From an uncultured Planctomycetota bacterium (GTDB lineage Bacteria > Planctomycetota > Planctomycetia > Isosphaerales > Isosphaeraceae): a stretch of DNA of 64,000 nt. The stretch covers positions 72,704 through 136,703 of the forward strand of contig CAWJTV010000018.1 of assembly GCA_963845755.1 (NCBI GenBank), given 5' to 3'. Below the pieces are notes generated by a model, which ran no database searches, was not told the origin of the DNA, and saw nothing but the letters and a program-made list of their open reading frames with translations. The position numbers were made by a program, and so were the translations under genes. Numbering within the stretch: the first letter of the stretch is position 1; each line of letters starts with the position of its first letter. This document shows, piece by piece, positions 27,330-37,914 of the stretch.

Positions 27330-27665
27330 CTACGAGACGGCGAATTCCATGAGACGTCTCATCTCGATCGGCTTGTACGCCATCACGATCCGTTCTTTGG
27401 GAATGCCGGCCTCGAGCAGATCGGTGACGACTCCGTGCTCGATGCCGTCGCGCTGAATCCAGAACTTGCCATCGATGATGTCGATATGGGCCAAGCACCA
27501 ATGGGCCCTCTCGCGGCCGTCCCAGCCGACGTTGATCAGCGCATAGTGATCGCGAGTCCGATCGAAGAGGGCCTCGGTGTGGAAGTCGCCGTAGGAGTAG
27601 GGGATTTCCGTATACTTGGTCAAGATCGACTCAACGATCGAACGATCGCGCTCTAAGGTATCCAT
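27330..27665 (-). CDS. xisI: XisI family protein
   Basis: FDRTRDHY...GW...HIDIIDGKFWIQRDGIEHG...LLEAGIPKERIV signature. Confidence 0.9.
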   Translation of the reverse strand: MDTLERDRSIVESILTKYTEIPYSYGDFHTEALFDRTRDHYALINVGWDGRERAHWCLAHIDIIDGKFWIQRDGIEHGVVTDLLEAGIPKERIVMAYKPIEMRRLMEFAVS

Positions 27666-28069
27666 CGCGTGATCACCTCAGCTTGGGGCTCGAATCCGAC
27701 GATTCGGAGCGAGTAATCGGTCACGATCAACTGTCCCAGTGGTTCGTCAAAAATGTTGCTCAGAACGTTGTCCGGCACGGCCAGAAAAAGAGTCCGATCT
27801 GGCTCTCTCCGAGCCAGGACTGACCGGTACAAGGCAAACTGGCCAATCGCTCTCTCCAAATCCTCGAGTTCCGATTTCCCGAGGAAGCTTTTGATCTCCA
27901 CGGCAATGCGTCGCTGGTTCTTCTCGGCTGCCAAGAGCAATTCGGCGCCCAGGTCAACGTACATGTCTTTCTTGCCCCATGGCAAGCGGAGGGGATCGTG
28001 CGTGATGACCCAACCGTCTTTGATCAGGGCGTTCTTGACGCAATCGTGATATCGGTCTCTGGCCGACAT
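27653..28069 (-). CDS. xisH: XisH family protein
   Basis: MSARDRYHDCVKNALIKDGWVITHDP...DLGAE...IAVEIKSF...AIGQF signature. Confidence 0.9.
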   Translation of the reverse strand: MSARDRYHDCVKNALIKDGWVITHDPLRLPWGKKDMYVDLGAELLLAAEKNQRRIAVEIKSFLGKSELEDLERAIGQFALYRSVLARREPDRTLFLAVPDNVLSNIFDEPLGQLIVTDYSLRIVGFEPQAEVITRWIP

Positions 28070-28295
28070 CCGGGGAGCCTCCATGACACGACTTGGATGC
28101 AATCGCTTCATTGACTATGATACATGAGTCGAGGATTTACGAGGAGAGGAACTGCCCTGACAATCGAACAACTCCGGGCCGTACATTACCTTACCTTGAC
28201 CCCGGGGCCGTGTTTGATTACGATAATCTCATCGGATCGGCGCAAGTGGAACGAGCGCAAACGTTTGACTCAACGGAACCCCAGGACGACGAACG

Positions 28296-29465
28296 ATGGC
28301 GTACGCGACGACGGTCCCGCGGCACAAGACGCGCGAAGTGGGTGTGGGCGATCATATCGTCGGCGGCGAGCAGCCCATCTGGGTCCAGTCGATGACGACG
28401 ACCAACACCTTCGACGTCGAGGCGACGCTCGACCAGATCCACCGGCTCGAAGAAGCCGGCTGCGAGATCGTCCGCGTCACCATCCCCAAGAAGGAGGACG
28501 TCGACGCCGTCAAGCTGATCCGCGACCGGATCCGCATCCCGCTCATCGCCGACATTCATTACGACTACCGGATGGCCCTGGCCTGCATCGATGCGGTCAC
28601 GCCGTCGGGCCGGCAGGCCGTGGACAAGATCCGGATCAATCCCGGGAATATCGGCGGCGAAGAGCGGTTCAAGGAGGTCGTCCGCAAGGCGCGCGACAAG
28701 GGCATCCCGATGCGGGTCGGGGTCAACTCCGGCAGCCTCGAGAAAGACCTGATCGACAAGTACGGCTTCCCGTGCCCGGAGGCGATGGTCGAGAGCGCCC
28801 TGCGGTACATCGAGATGTCCGAGCGGCTCGGCTATCACTTGATGATCATCAGCCTCAAGGCCAGCCACGTCCCGACGGCCGTGGAATGCTATACCCAGTA
28901 CGCCGCACAGAGCGACTATCCCACGCACGTCGGGATCACCGAGGCCGGCTCGCGCGAGTACGGCACGCTCAAGAGCGCCGCGGGTATTGGCGCGATCGTG
29001 CTCCGCGGGATCGGCGATACGATCCGCGTCTCGCTGCTGGGTGATCCCGTCCCCGAGATCCAGGCCGGGTTCGATATCCTCCGCGCCTGTGACCGACGTG
29101 TCACCAAGCCCGAGGTCGTCGCCTGTCCGACCTGCGGCCGGCTGGATATCGACCTCGAGCGGATCGTCGCCGAGGTCGAGGAGAAGATGAAGAACCTCAA
29201 GAACCCGCTGCGGATCAGCATCCTCGGCTGCCTGGTCAACGGCTTCGGCGAGGCCAAGGAGGCCGACCTGGGCATCGCCGCCGGCTCCGGCAAAGGGATC
29301 ATCTTCAAGCGCGGGGTGCCCATCCGCCACGTCAAGGAACACGAGATGGTCCAGGCCCTCCTCGAGGAAGTCGAGCGGTTCCACGAGGAGACCACGCCGC
29401 TGGCCTCCTACCTCGAAAAAGAAAAGCAGCGCCAGCAGAAGATGGCGCTGCCGGTGTTGTCGTAG
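28296..29465 (+). CDS. ispG: (E)-4-hydroxy-3-methylbut-2-enyl-diphosphate synthase
   Basis: VQSMTTT, IADIHY, RINPGN, RVGVNSGSL, GIGDTIRVSL, ACPTCGR and GCLVNG. Confidence 0.95.
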   Translation: MAYATTVPRHKTREVGVGDHIVGGEQPIWVQSMTTTNTFDVEATLDQIHRLEEAGCEIVRVTIPKKEDVDAVKLIRDRIRIPLIADIHYDYRMALACIDAVTPSGRQAVDKIRINPGNIGGEERFKEVVRKARDKGIPMRVGVNSGSLEKDLIDKYGFPCPEAMVESALRYIEMSERLGYHLMIISLKASHVPTAVECYTQYAAQSDYPTHVGITEAGSREYGTLKSAAGIGAIVLRGIGDTIRVSLLGDPVPEIQAGFDILRACDRRVTKPEVVACPTCGRLDIDLERIVAEVEEKMKNLKNPLRISILGCLVNGFGEAKEADLGIAAGSGKGIIFKRGVPIRHVKEHEMVQALLEEVERFHEETTPLASYLEKEKQRQQKMALPVLS

Positions 29466-29489
29466 TCCGCTCGCCTCAAGGCCCCGACA

Positions 29490-30953
29490 TTAACTCTGCC
29501 GCAGGCCGATCGAGACGCACTTGGTTTCGAGGTAGGCGTCGAGTCCCTCGATGCCCAGCTCGCGGCCCAGGCCCGATTCCTTCATGCCGCCGAAGGGGCA
29601 TTGGGGCGTCGCCGGGACGGGATCGTTGATGCCGATGATCCCCGCCTCGAGTCCTTCGGCCATCCGGGTGGCGACGGTCAGGTCGTTGGTGAAGACATAC
29701 GCCGCCAGGCCGTAGGGGGTGTCATTGGCCGCGGCGATGACATCATCGAGCTTGGAGAAATCCAGCAGCGGCATCACCGGTGCGAAGGGCTCCTCGCTCA
29801 TGAGCTTCATCGAGCCGTTGACCTCACGCAGCACGGTCGGCTCGAACCAGTAACCCTTGTCGAATCGCGACGATCGCCCGCCGCCGGTGAGGATCTTGCC
29901 CCCCTTGCTCCGGGCGTCCTCGACCAGCTCCGCGGTCTTCTCCAATGCCTTGGCCTCGAACATCGGGCCGACCTGTACCCCCGGCTCCAGCCCGTTGCCC
30001 ATTTTCAGGTTGCGCGCCAGCTCGACGGCGACCTCGGTGAACTCGTTGGCGATCTTCTCGTGGACGTAGAACCGCGAGGGCGCGATGCACACCTGGCCGT
30101 TGTTGCGGAACTTGCCGATGACGGCGGCCTGGGCGACCTGCTGGACGTCCGCGTCGGGGAAGACGATCAAGGGCGCGTGGCCGCCCAGCTCCATGCTGAT
30201 CCGCTTCACCTGGTCGGCCGAGCGGCGGATCAGCTCCTTGCCGACCTCCGTCGAGCCCGTGAAGCTGATCTTGCGGACCGCCGGGTGCTCGAAGAACGCG
30301 GCGGCGAGCGGCCGCGACGGGCCGATCACCAGGTTGGCCACGCCCGGCGGCACCCCGGCGTCGGCGAGGCATTCGAACATGTGGATCAGCGTCAATGGCG
30401 TCTGATCGGCGGGTCGACTAACAACCGTACAGCCCGCGGCCAATGCAGGGGCGATCTTGCGGCTGGGCAAGGCGGCCGGGAAGTTCCAGGGCGTGATCGA
30501 GGCGACGACGCCGACAGGATGCTTGATCGCATAATACCGCTTGGCGATGTTGGTCGGCGGGATGATCCGGCCGTAGGTCCGCTTCCCCTCCTCGGCGAAC
30601 CATTCGAAGGTGTCGGCGGCGTGGAGCACCTCCATCTTGGCCTCGGCCAGCGGCTTGCCCTGCTCCAGGGTCAGGCTGCGGGCGATCCGATCGGCACGCT
30701 CGCGCATCAGGTCGGCGGTCCGCTTGAGGACCTTGGCTCGATCGTGGGCCGACACGGCACGCCACGCTGGGAACGCCCGCGCGGCGGCCTCGATCGCCCG
30801 CTCCGCATCCTCCCGCGTCCCGTAGGCCACCTCCGCGACAACCGACTCATCGGCCGGATTGATCACGGCCAGGGTCTTGCCCTGGGGTGAGTCGCACCAC
30901 TTTCCATCGATGTACATCTGTTTCGTCAGCTCGGTCGCAACCGCCGTGGCCAT
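29490..30953 (-). CDS. gabD: NAD(P)-dependent succinate-semialdehyde dehydrogenase-type ALDH
   Basis: ITPWNFP, FTGSTEVG, MELGGHAP, KFRNNGQVC and PFGGMKESGLGRE. Confidence 0.85.
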   Translation of the reverse strand: MATAVATELTKQMYIDGKWCDSPQGKTLAVINPADESVVAEVAYGTREDAERAIEAAARAFPAWRAVSAHDRAKVLKRTADLMRERADRIARSLTLEQGKPLAEAKMEVLHAADTFEWFAEEGKRTYGRIIPPTNIAKRYYAIKHPVGVVASITPWNFPAALPSRKIAPALAAGCTVVSRPADQTPLTLIHMFECLADAGVPPGVANLVIGPSRPLAAAFFEHPAVRKISFTGSTEVGKELIRRSADQVKRISMELGGHAPLIVFPDADVQQVAQAAVIGKFRNNGQVCIAPSRFYVHEKIANEFTEVAVELARNLKMGNGLEPGVQVGPMFEAKALEKTAELVEDARSKGGKILTGGGRSSRFDKGYWFEPTVLREVNGSMKLMSEEPFAPVMPLLDFSKLDDVIAAANDTPYGLAAYVFTNDLTVATRMAEGLEAGIIGINDPVPATPQCPFGGMKESGLGRELGIEGLDAYLETKCVSIGLRQS

Positions 30954-31288
30954 CGCTGTTCCTCCCCGTTGGTCGGCTACTGAGAATCCCGTCGTCAAGA
31001 TAACCGGCGATACCCCGCGACATCAACGGACGCGCCCCGGCACAGCCCAGCCGCACCGGTCCTGCCGCTCCTGCCGAGGCATGGTTCACCCTGCCGAAAT
31101 CTTGCCTCAAACTCCTGTATTTCTCATCTTAACAAGGCTGGGGTAGACACAATCGCACTGTTCCTCATAATCCGTTCAATCGTTCGAGCGATCGTAGCCG
31201 ATAAAGAACGTGAGGGTCCAGGACCGGTCCCCGGGATCGGTCGAATTGGCCCCGGCTTTTTGCTTTTCCTCAGTGGGTGGGTAACGGA

Positions 31289-31861
31289 ATGAAGGGAATC
31301 AGGCGAAGGCCGACGTGGACCATCGGATCGAGCCGGTCCTGGGCTGGCTGGGCCGTGGTCGGCGCGTTGGTCATGGGTGGCATCCGGGCCGAAGCGGCTC
31401 CGATCCGCCACGAGGATCACTCCGAGGCCGACGCGACCGCGCTCAAGGAATGGTCTCGTTACCTGGCGGCCAGTCCGAAGGTCTGGGAGCATGTGCTCCA
31501 TCCGCCCGTAACGCCGGCGGTCGAATCTTCGATCTGGAAGAGCGTCAAGACGGACCCGGGTGGGGCGGATCCGATGGTCCGCTATCTGCTCTGGAAGCAA
31601 GACCTCGATCCGGCGCGATTCGCGCATTTTCATCCCAAGCTCGCCCCGGCCTTGCACAAGATCGCCGAGTCGACCCCGACGGCCCCTCAATTGCTCAACC
31701 CGCCTCCTAGCTCTTCGACCGGGACGACCCTACCCCCGCCGGCGGGGGACACAGGGGGAACCGGGACTTCGCCGGTCCCCGAGCCGAGCACGCTGCTCCT
31801 CGCCGTAGGGATGGCCGGATGGTGCATCTGGCGGGCTCGTCGCAGGCCGGCGAATCCCTAA
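31289..31861 (+). CDS. PEP-CTERM sorting-domain protein
   Basis: Signal peptide and C-terminal PVPEPSTLLLAVGMAGWCIWRARRR. Confidence 0.85.
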   Translation: MKGIRRRPTWTIGSSRSWAGWAVVGALVMGGIRAEAAPIRHEDHSEADATALKEWSRYLAASPKVWEHVLHPPVTPAVESSIWKSVKTDPGGADPMVRYLLWKQDLDPARFAHFHPKLAPALHKIAESTPTAPQLLNPPPSSSTGTTLPPPAGDTGGTGTSPVPEPSTLLLAVGMAGWCIWRARRRPANP

Positions 31862-31888
31862 CGCAGCCTGCGGACACAACCCAAGAGG

Positions 31889-31968
31889 GATTCGAGATTC
31901 GAGATTCCCGATTCCGGATCCAGAAATCGTTCCTTTGGGAATCTCGAATCGGGAACCCAGGAATCCCC
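31889..31968. repeat. Short GATTCGA-type heptamer tracts in inverted arrangement
   Basis: GATTCGA GATTCGA GATTCCC GATTCCG ... GGGAATC TCGAATC GGGAACC. Confidence 0.7.
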
Positions 31969-32218
31969 AGATGCGCGCACGGTGCAGTGTTCGTACGGAG
32001 GGGGGATCCCAGTTCCTGGTGACGCTCATCTCGTTCGACAAGGCTTGCCTTCTGCGTCTTCCCTCGTCGCTACTTCCTCTCTTATGATAGATTGAATCGG
32101 TTGCCGCCAACGAGCGAACCGAACCGAGGCCGGGCGCATCGAAAGAGTGTCGCCTGGCGAGCCCGAGCAATCCTCCACTGACGGATCTCGGCGACCTGTG
32201 CAACGAGGATGGGGACTG

Positions 32219-33814
32219 ATGGACGCAGAAGCGCGCTATTACATCACAACGGCGATCGACTATCCTAACAGCCGTCCGCACATCGGCACCGCGTTCGAGA
32301 AGATCGGCGCCGACGTCCAGGCCCGATTCCGCCGGATGGAAGGCGCCGTGGTCCATTTTCTGATGGGCAACGACGAGAACACCATCAAGGTTCCCCAGCG
32401 CGCCCGCGAGCGCGGCGTCGAACCCAAGACTTATGTCGACGAGATGGCTCGTCAGTTCCAGGACGTCTCGCGCGCACTCGATATCTCCTTCGACGACTTC
32501 ATCCAGACGAGTGAAGAACGTCATCATGCCGGCTGCCGCCAATTCATCCAGGCCGTGTATGATGCCGGTGATATCTACAAAGGAGTCTATGCCGGTCATT
32601 ACTGCACGGGCTGCGAGGCCTTCAAGACGGAGAAGGAAGTGGCGGAGGGAGGCGGGAAGTGTCCCAACCATCCCAACACGCCGCTGACCTGGGTCGAGGA
32701 GGATAACTACTATTTCCGCCTCTCGGCGTACCGCGAACGGTTGCTGGCCCACTATGGGGCCCATCCGGAGTTCATCCAGCCCGAGAGTCGGCGGAATGAG
32801 ATCCTCAGCCTGGTGGAATCGGAGCTGAAGGACGTCGCGATCACTCGCAAGGGATTCACCTGGGGGATCAAGGTCCCGTTCGACCCGGAGCAGACGATCT
32901 ACGTCTGGTTCGACGCGCTTTTGAATTACATCACCGGGGTCGGTTACGGGACCGATGAGGAGCGTTTCCGACGGCTCTGGCCGGCCGACGTGCACGTCAT
33001 CGGCAAGGACATCACCCGGTTCCACTGCGCGCTCTGGCCGGCGATGCTGATGTCAGCCGGCGTACCGTTGCCCCGCATGGTCTTCGGGCATGGCTTCGTC
33101 TACCGGAAGAACGAGGAGACCGGCGAGATCCAGAAGCTGAGCAAGAGCCTGGGGAACGTCGTGGAGCCGATGGAGTTGATCGAGAAGTTCTCGTCGGAGG
33201 GTTTCCGCTACTACTTCATGAGCCAGTGCCCGTTCGGCGGCGACGGCGAGTTTTCCTTCGAACGGTTCGCCGACGTCTACAATAGCGGGCTGGCCAATAA
33301 CCTGGGCAATCTCTATAGCCGCATCCTCACGATGTGCGCGAAGTACTTCGACGGCCGGCTCGACGGTGGCGAACCGGTCGATGTGACCCGATGGAGACGC
33401 GGCCTGGACTTCGAGGGACTCATCGCCGCCGTGCGCACGCTCGTGGGCTCGTTCGAGTACAACGTCGCCTTGCAGCGGATCTGGCTGGAAGTCGTCGATT
33501 CGGCGAATCGTTACATCCAGGAGACCGAGCCCTTCAAGCTGGCCAAGACCGATCTGGAGGCATGCCGCACGGTCCTCGTCAACCTGGCCGACTGGCTGAG
33601 AATCGCCGCGATCCTGATCAAGCCGTTCCTGCCGCGGACCGCGGAGACATTCTACCGCGCCTTTAATTTCGAAGAAATGAAGGCGTGGGAATCCGTCGGA
33701 TATGCCGATGCGCTCCAGCCCCTCCGCCAGTCGGGGCTGCACGTCACCGCGCCGCTGTCGGGCGGCAAGCCGGCGCCGCTGTTCCCCAAGATCGAGGTTC
33801 GACCGGCGCGTTGA
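32219..33814 (+). CDS. metG: Methionyl-tRNA synthetase
   Basis: YYITTAIDYPN, HIGT (HIGH motif), YVWFDALLNY, IGKDI and KLSKS (KMSKS motif). Confidence 0.95.
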   Translation: MDAEARYYITTAIDYPNSRPHIGTAFEKIGADVQARFRRMEGAVVHFLMGNDENTIKVPQRARERGVEPKTYVDEMARQFQDVSRALDISFDDFIQTSEERHHAGCRQFIQAVYDAGDIYKGVYAGHYCTGCEAFKTEKEVAEGGGKCPNHPNTPLTWVEEDNYYFRLSAYRERLLAHYGAHPEFIQPESRRNEILSLVESELKDVAITRKGFTWGIKVPFDPEQTIYVWFDALLNYITGVGYGTDEERFRRLWPADVHVIGKDITRFHCALWPAMLMSAGVPLPRMVFGHGFVYRKNEETGEIQKLSKSLGNVVEPMELIEKFSSEGFRYYFMSQCPFGGDGEFSFERFADVYNSGLANNLGNLYSRILTMCAKYFDGRLDGGEPVDVTRWRRGLDFEGLIAAVRTLVGSFEYNVALQRIWLEVVDSANRYIQETEPFKLAKTDLEACRTVLVNLADWLRIAAILIKPFLPRTAETFYRAFNFEEMKAWESVGYADALQPLRQSGLHVTAPLSGGKPAPLFPKIEVRPAR

Positions 33815-33867
33815 CGCAGGATCTCGGTCCCGATCGATCGCGAGAGCGGGGATGAATCGATTCAGCA

Positions 33868-33918
33868 ATTCGAGATTCGAGATTCAATAGAAAGAGAACT
33901 TCTTTTGAATCGGGAATC
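33868..33918. repeat. GATTCGA-type heptamer hairpin between convergent metG and wecB
   Basis: ATTCGAGATTCGAGATTCAA ... TTGAATCGGGAATC. Confidence 0.55.
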
Positions 33919-33943
33919 TTTCATCCGCTTCTCCGAGGTTTGA

Positions 33944-35093
33944 TCAGCCCGCGGCCTTGAGCGCCTCGGCACCCAGGAATCGACCGACCGCCGACACGAT
34001 CCGTTCCGAAGCCTGGCCGTCTCCGTAGGGGCTCACGCCCCGGGCCATCGCCCGGTAGGCGACCGGATCCGCCAGGAGCCGGCTCGCCTCGGAGACGATC
34101 CGATCGGGCGCGTGTCCGACGAGCCGGGCCACACCCGCGGTGATCGCCTCGGGACGTTCGCTCTCCTCGCGTAATACCAGCACCGGCTTTCCCAGCGCCG
34201 GTGCTTCTTCCTGGACGCCGCCGGAGTCGGTCAGGATCAGCGTGGCCCGCTTCAGGGCGGAGACGAACGGCCCATAGCCCAGCGGCTCGCAGAGCCGCAC
34301 GCGCGGCCGATCCGCCATCGCTTGCTCGACGACCGGCTTGATCGAAGGATTAGGATGGACCGGCCAGAGGAATTGCACGTCGGGGAACCGGTCGTGGAGC
34401 TGATGGATCGCGCGGCAGATCTGGCGGATCGGCTCGCCGAAGCTATCGCGGCGATGCGCCGTGACCAGCACCAGCCGCTTCGTCGGGTCGAGCTCGACCC
34501 CGATCGGGACGTCGCGCCCGGCAGCCAGGAGCAGCGCGTCGATCACCGTATTCCCGGTCACGACGACCTGACTGTCAGCGATCCCCTCGCGCAGGCAGGT
34601 TATCGCGCGCGGATGCGGTCGGCGCGAAGTGGAGGGCGGCCAGGTGGCCGGCCAGGACGCGATTGGCCTCCTCGGGGAACGGCGCGTAGAGCTGGCCGGT
34701 GCGCAATCCGGCCTCGACGTGGCCGAATGGGATCTTGTGATAGAAGCTCGCCAGGGCCGTGGCCAGGACGGTCGTCGTATCGCCCTGGGCGAGCACCATG
34801 TCGGGCTGCTCCCGCGCGATGGCGCCGTGGACCGCCAGCAGCAGCCGGCTGGTCAGCTCGATGAGCGTCTGGTTGGGTCGCATGATGTCGAGGTCGAGGT
34901 CGGGCTGGATCGCGAAGAACGCCAGCATCGGGTCGACCAGCTCGCGATGCTGCGCCGTGAACAAGACCCGGCATCGCGCCCAGGGTGCCGACTGGAAGGC
35001 ATGGATCACCGGGGCCATCTTGATCGCCTCGGGCCGGGTCCCGATCGTGCAGAGGATCGTCTTGATCCCGCCGCTGGGTCTCATGCGGCACAT
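33944..35093 (-). CDS. wecB: UDP-N-acetylglucosamine 2-epimerase, frameshift near 34590
   Basis: GTRPEAIKMAP, QGDTTT, HVEAGLRT, PFPEEANR, TGNTVIDAL and TDSGGVQEEAP. Confidence 0.9.
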
Positions 35094-35114
35094 CCTTTCG
35101 AGTCCGATGGCGGG

Positions 35115-35180
35115 AGTCCCTCGAGAAAAGGGGACAGGCACCTCGACGACTCGGAGCCAGTCCCCTTTTCTCGAGGGACT
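35115..35180. repeat. Palindromic element with a perfect 21-bp inverted repeat
   Basis: AGTCCCTCGAGAAAAGGGGAC ... GTCCCCTTTTCTCGAGGGACT; related copy at 46215-46266. Confidence 0.8.
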
Positions 35181-35189
35181 CGAGAATCG

Positions 35190-36706
35190 TCAACCCGCCA
35201 ATCGCGTCGTGCCACGCCCACGGAGGATCCGGTCGATCGCGATCGCCAGGTCCCGATGGCGCGCCTGCCACGTATTCTCTCGGGCGAACGCCCGACGGCG
35301 ATCGGGCAAGCTCGGCTCTCCGCCCTGCAACTCCGCTTCGATCGCGCCGGCGAATTGCTCGGCGGTGTCGCCCAGCCGGATCAGTCCGTCTGCGGCGATG
35401 GGGACCAGCTCCGGCAGCCCGACCGCCACCACGAGTTTGCCCGTCGCCAGCATCTCGTACACCTTGACCGGGTTGGTCGCCTCGGTCAGCGGCACCCGCT
35501 TGAACGGGATGATGAAGACATCCCAATCGTGGATCAAATTCGGGAGCTCGTCATAAGGCCGCTCGCCCAGGAGCCGGATGTTCGGTACGTCTTCCAGCAG
35601 CCGCACGTCTCCGGCCAGGGTCGAACCGATCAGCTCGAACCGCCAGCCGGGGCGCAGCCCGGCCAGCTCCGCGACCAGTTGGCCGTCGAACCACTCGGCG
35701 ATCGCCCCGTAATAGCCGATCCTTGGCGCATCCGGCCGGCCGGGCGGCCTGGCGGCGCCTCGCACAAAAATGCTCGTACTCGCAGGCGTTGCGGAGCAGG
35801 AGCGAGGCCCGAGCGCGGCGCCGCATACTCTCGAACAGTAACGCGGAGCTGGCGAGTACGAGATCCGCCTCGGCGACCAGCCGGCTCTCGGTTTCGAGGA
35901 TATCCGAGGTGTTATGGAGGAACCCCGCGTGGTCGTCCATGCAGTCGTAGACGATCGGCCAGCCGAACCGCTCGCGGAGCGCTTCCGACAGCGCCGTCCA
36001 GTACGGGTGCTGGGCGACGATGACCGCATCATCCACGCCCAGCTCGACGCGGAGCCGAGCCAGCGCCTCGACCATCCGGTCCCGATCGGTCTCCGCGGGG
36101 AGTGACTGATAAATGTTGGCGGCCGGGTCGCCGGGCAGGGTGATCTCCACGATGTTGGTCGCGATGGATCGCGTCCGCGCGGCGGCACCCCGATGAAATT
36201 GATTGGCGGCGTAGAGGACCAGGTGCCCGTTCTGGGCGAACTGTCGCATCAATTGCTGAGGACGCTGGAACCGAAACCCCCATTCGATCATGGGGAGGCA
36301 GAAGACCGCATGGTTCTCCCGGACAGCCGCCTCGATCCGGAGCGGGCCGGCATCGCCCCGCGCAGGCGCGCGGGATCCTTCGCGGGCCTGCTGGACCAGC
36401 CGCGCGACACGTTTCTTGAGCCGCCGCAGGCCGCGGATGCCCGACCGTGTCAGACGATCGCGGCGCGTTCCGCGAGGGGCCAGCGCGTCTCGGACCTGGC
36501 CCAGGGTCCTCAGCATCGCCCAGCCATCGCTGGTCTGGATCGCGCGGAGCTGGTCCCGCAATTCTCGCGATTCCCGGTCCCTGGCCCGCAATTCGGCTCG
36601 TAGCTGTTCGATCAGTTCCCGATCAAGAGAGGACTCGTGCGCTCGCCTCCCCGGGGGACGGCCGGGCTTCCGTCGTCATCTCAGGAACCGTCAGATCGTC
36701 CGACAT
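35190..36706 (-). CDS. Glycosyltransferase (GT4/TuaH-like), frameshifted
   Basis: FRFQRPQQL, VYDCMDDH, IGYYGAIAEWFD and PVKVYEMLATGK across two frames; start approximate. Confidence 0.8.
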
Positions 36707-37001
36707 CAACGTCCCATCCTGGTCGGATCTCGAGGCGGTCATCGTGACCGAGGGAATCATCGCGGAAGGTTATAAGCGGAGTGGACCGACGGGGCAAGCC
36801 GATTCTGACCGGGTTCGGAAACGCTTCGGGACATCCGGACCCCGAGAAAAGGGCTTCCGCGCGTTTTGCTCCGAATGAGATTCAAGTCCTGCGGACATTC
36901 GACCGAATGAGGGGCGCATGCGGTTTCGGCCATCGTCCGCGATGACCGGGACTTCGGCCTTTCTGCCCAGCCCATCTCTCCTAGATCCCCGTCAACCATA
37001 C

Positions 37002-37059
37002 GTAAATCAGGCGATCCAGCCTGACAGGACCGGACGTCAGGCTGGAAAGCCTGACCGAC
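37002..37059. repeat. REP-like doublet
   Basis: TCAGGCGATCCAGCCTGAC ... GTCAGGCTGGAAAGCCTGA. Confidence 0.7.
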
Positions 37060-37095
37060 TCTCTTGCCGGCGTAGTATCCCGGAGGGGTTGAACC

Positions 37096-37815
37096 ATGAA
37101 ACTGTCTCTCAGGACGAACCGTCTGGTCGCCAGGGTGCTCGGCACCTCGAAATCCAGGATCGGTCCGCGCGTAGGAGGGTCGCGGCGGGTCATCCTCGAG
37201 AACGCGCGATGGTCCGGGACGGAATTCCGGAATTCGCCCTACTATGACATGGCCGAGCCTCACATGGAGGTGCAGTGGAAGCATACGATCTGGCCGCTGA
37301 TTCAGCACGCCGACTTCTCCTGCGTCCTGGACCTGGCCGCCGGTCATGGTCGCAATAGTGCGATGCTTGAAGCGGTGGCGGATCGGATCATCATCGTGGA
37401 CATCACCCAGGAGAACATCGACTACTGTCGCAAACGATTCCAGGGAGATGACCGCTTCACCTTCATCAAGAACGATGGACTCTCTCTCAACGGCGTTGCC
37501 GATGCGAGCGTCTCGCTGGTCTATTCGTTCGATTCCATGGTCCACTTCGACAGCGACGTGATGCGGGAGTACCTCAAGGAATTCCGGCGGGTCTTGAAGC
37601 CGGGCGGTACTGGGTTCATCCACCACTCGAATTACACGGGAGACCCTACCGGCAATTTCACGACGGCTCCGCACTGGCGGAATTTCATGTCCAAGGAACT
37701 GTTCGCCCACTACTGCTATAAGAGCGGCCTCGAAGTGATCGAACAGCACGTCATGGACTGGGAGGTGTCGAGGCTCGATTGTCTCTCGATCTTCCGCAGG
37801 GCCCCTGGGAATTGA
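37096..37815 (+). CDS. Class I SAM-dependent methyltransferase
   Basis: VLDLAAGHGR, YSFDSMVHF and RVLKPGG. Confidence 0.85.
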   Translation: MKLSLRTNRLVARVLGTSKSRIGPRVGGSRRVILENARWSGTEFRNSPYYDMAEPHMEVQWKHTIWPLIQHADFSCVLDLAAGHGRNSAMLEAVADRIIIVDITQENIDYCRKRFQGDDRFTFIKNDGLSLNGVADASVSLVYSFDSMVHFDSDVMREYLKEFRRVLKPGGTGFIHHSNYTGDPTGNFTTAPHWRNFMSKELFAHYCYKSGLEVIEQHVMDWEVSRLDCLSIFRRAPGN

Positions 37816-37914
37816 CTCGATTCGGCTTGACGAAATCGCGTCGATCCGGTCTACCAACGTGTCGCCGGAATACTGGAGGATGCCACCGGACGAGAGTTCC
37901 CCAGGAGCAAGGAC

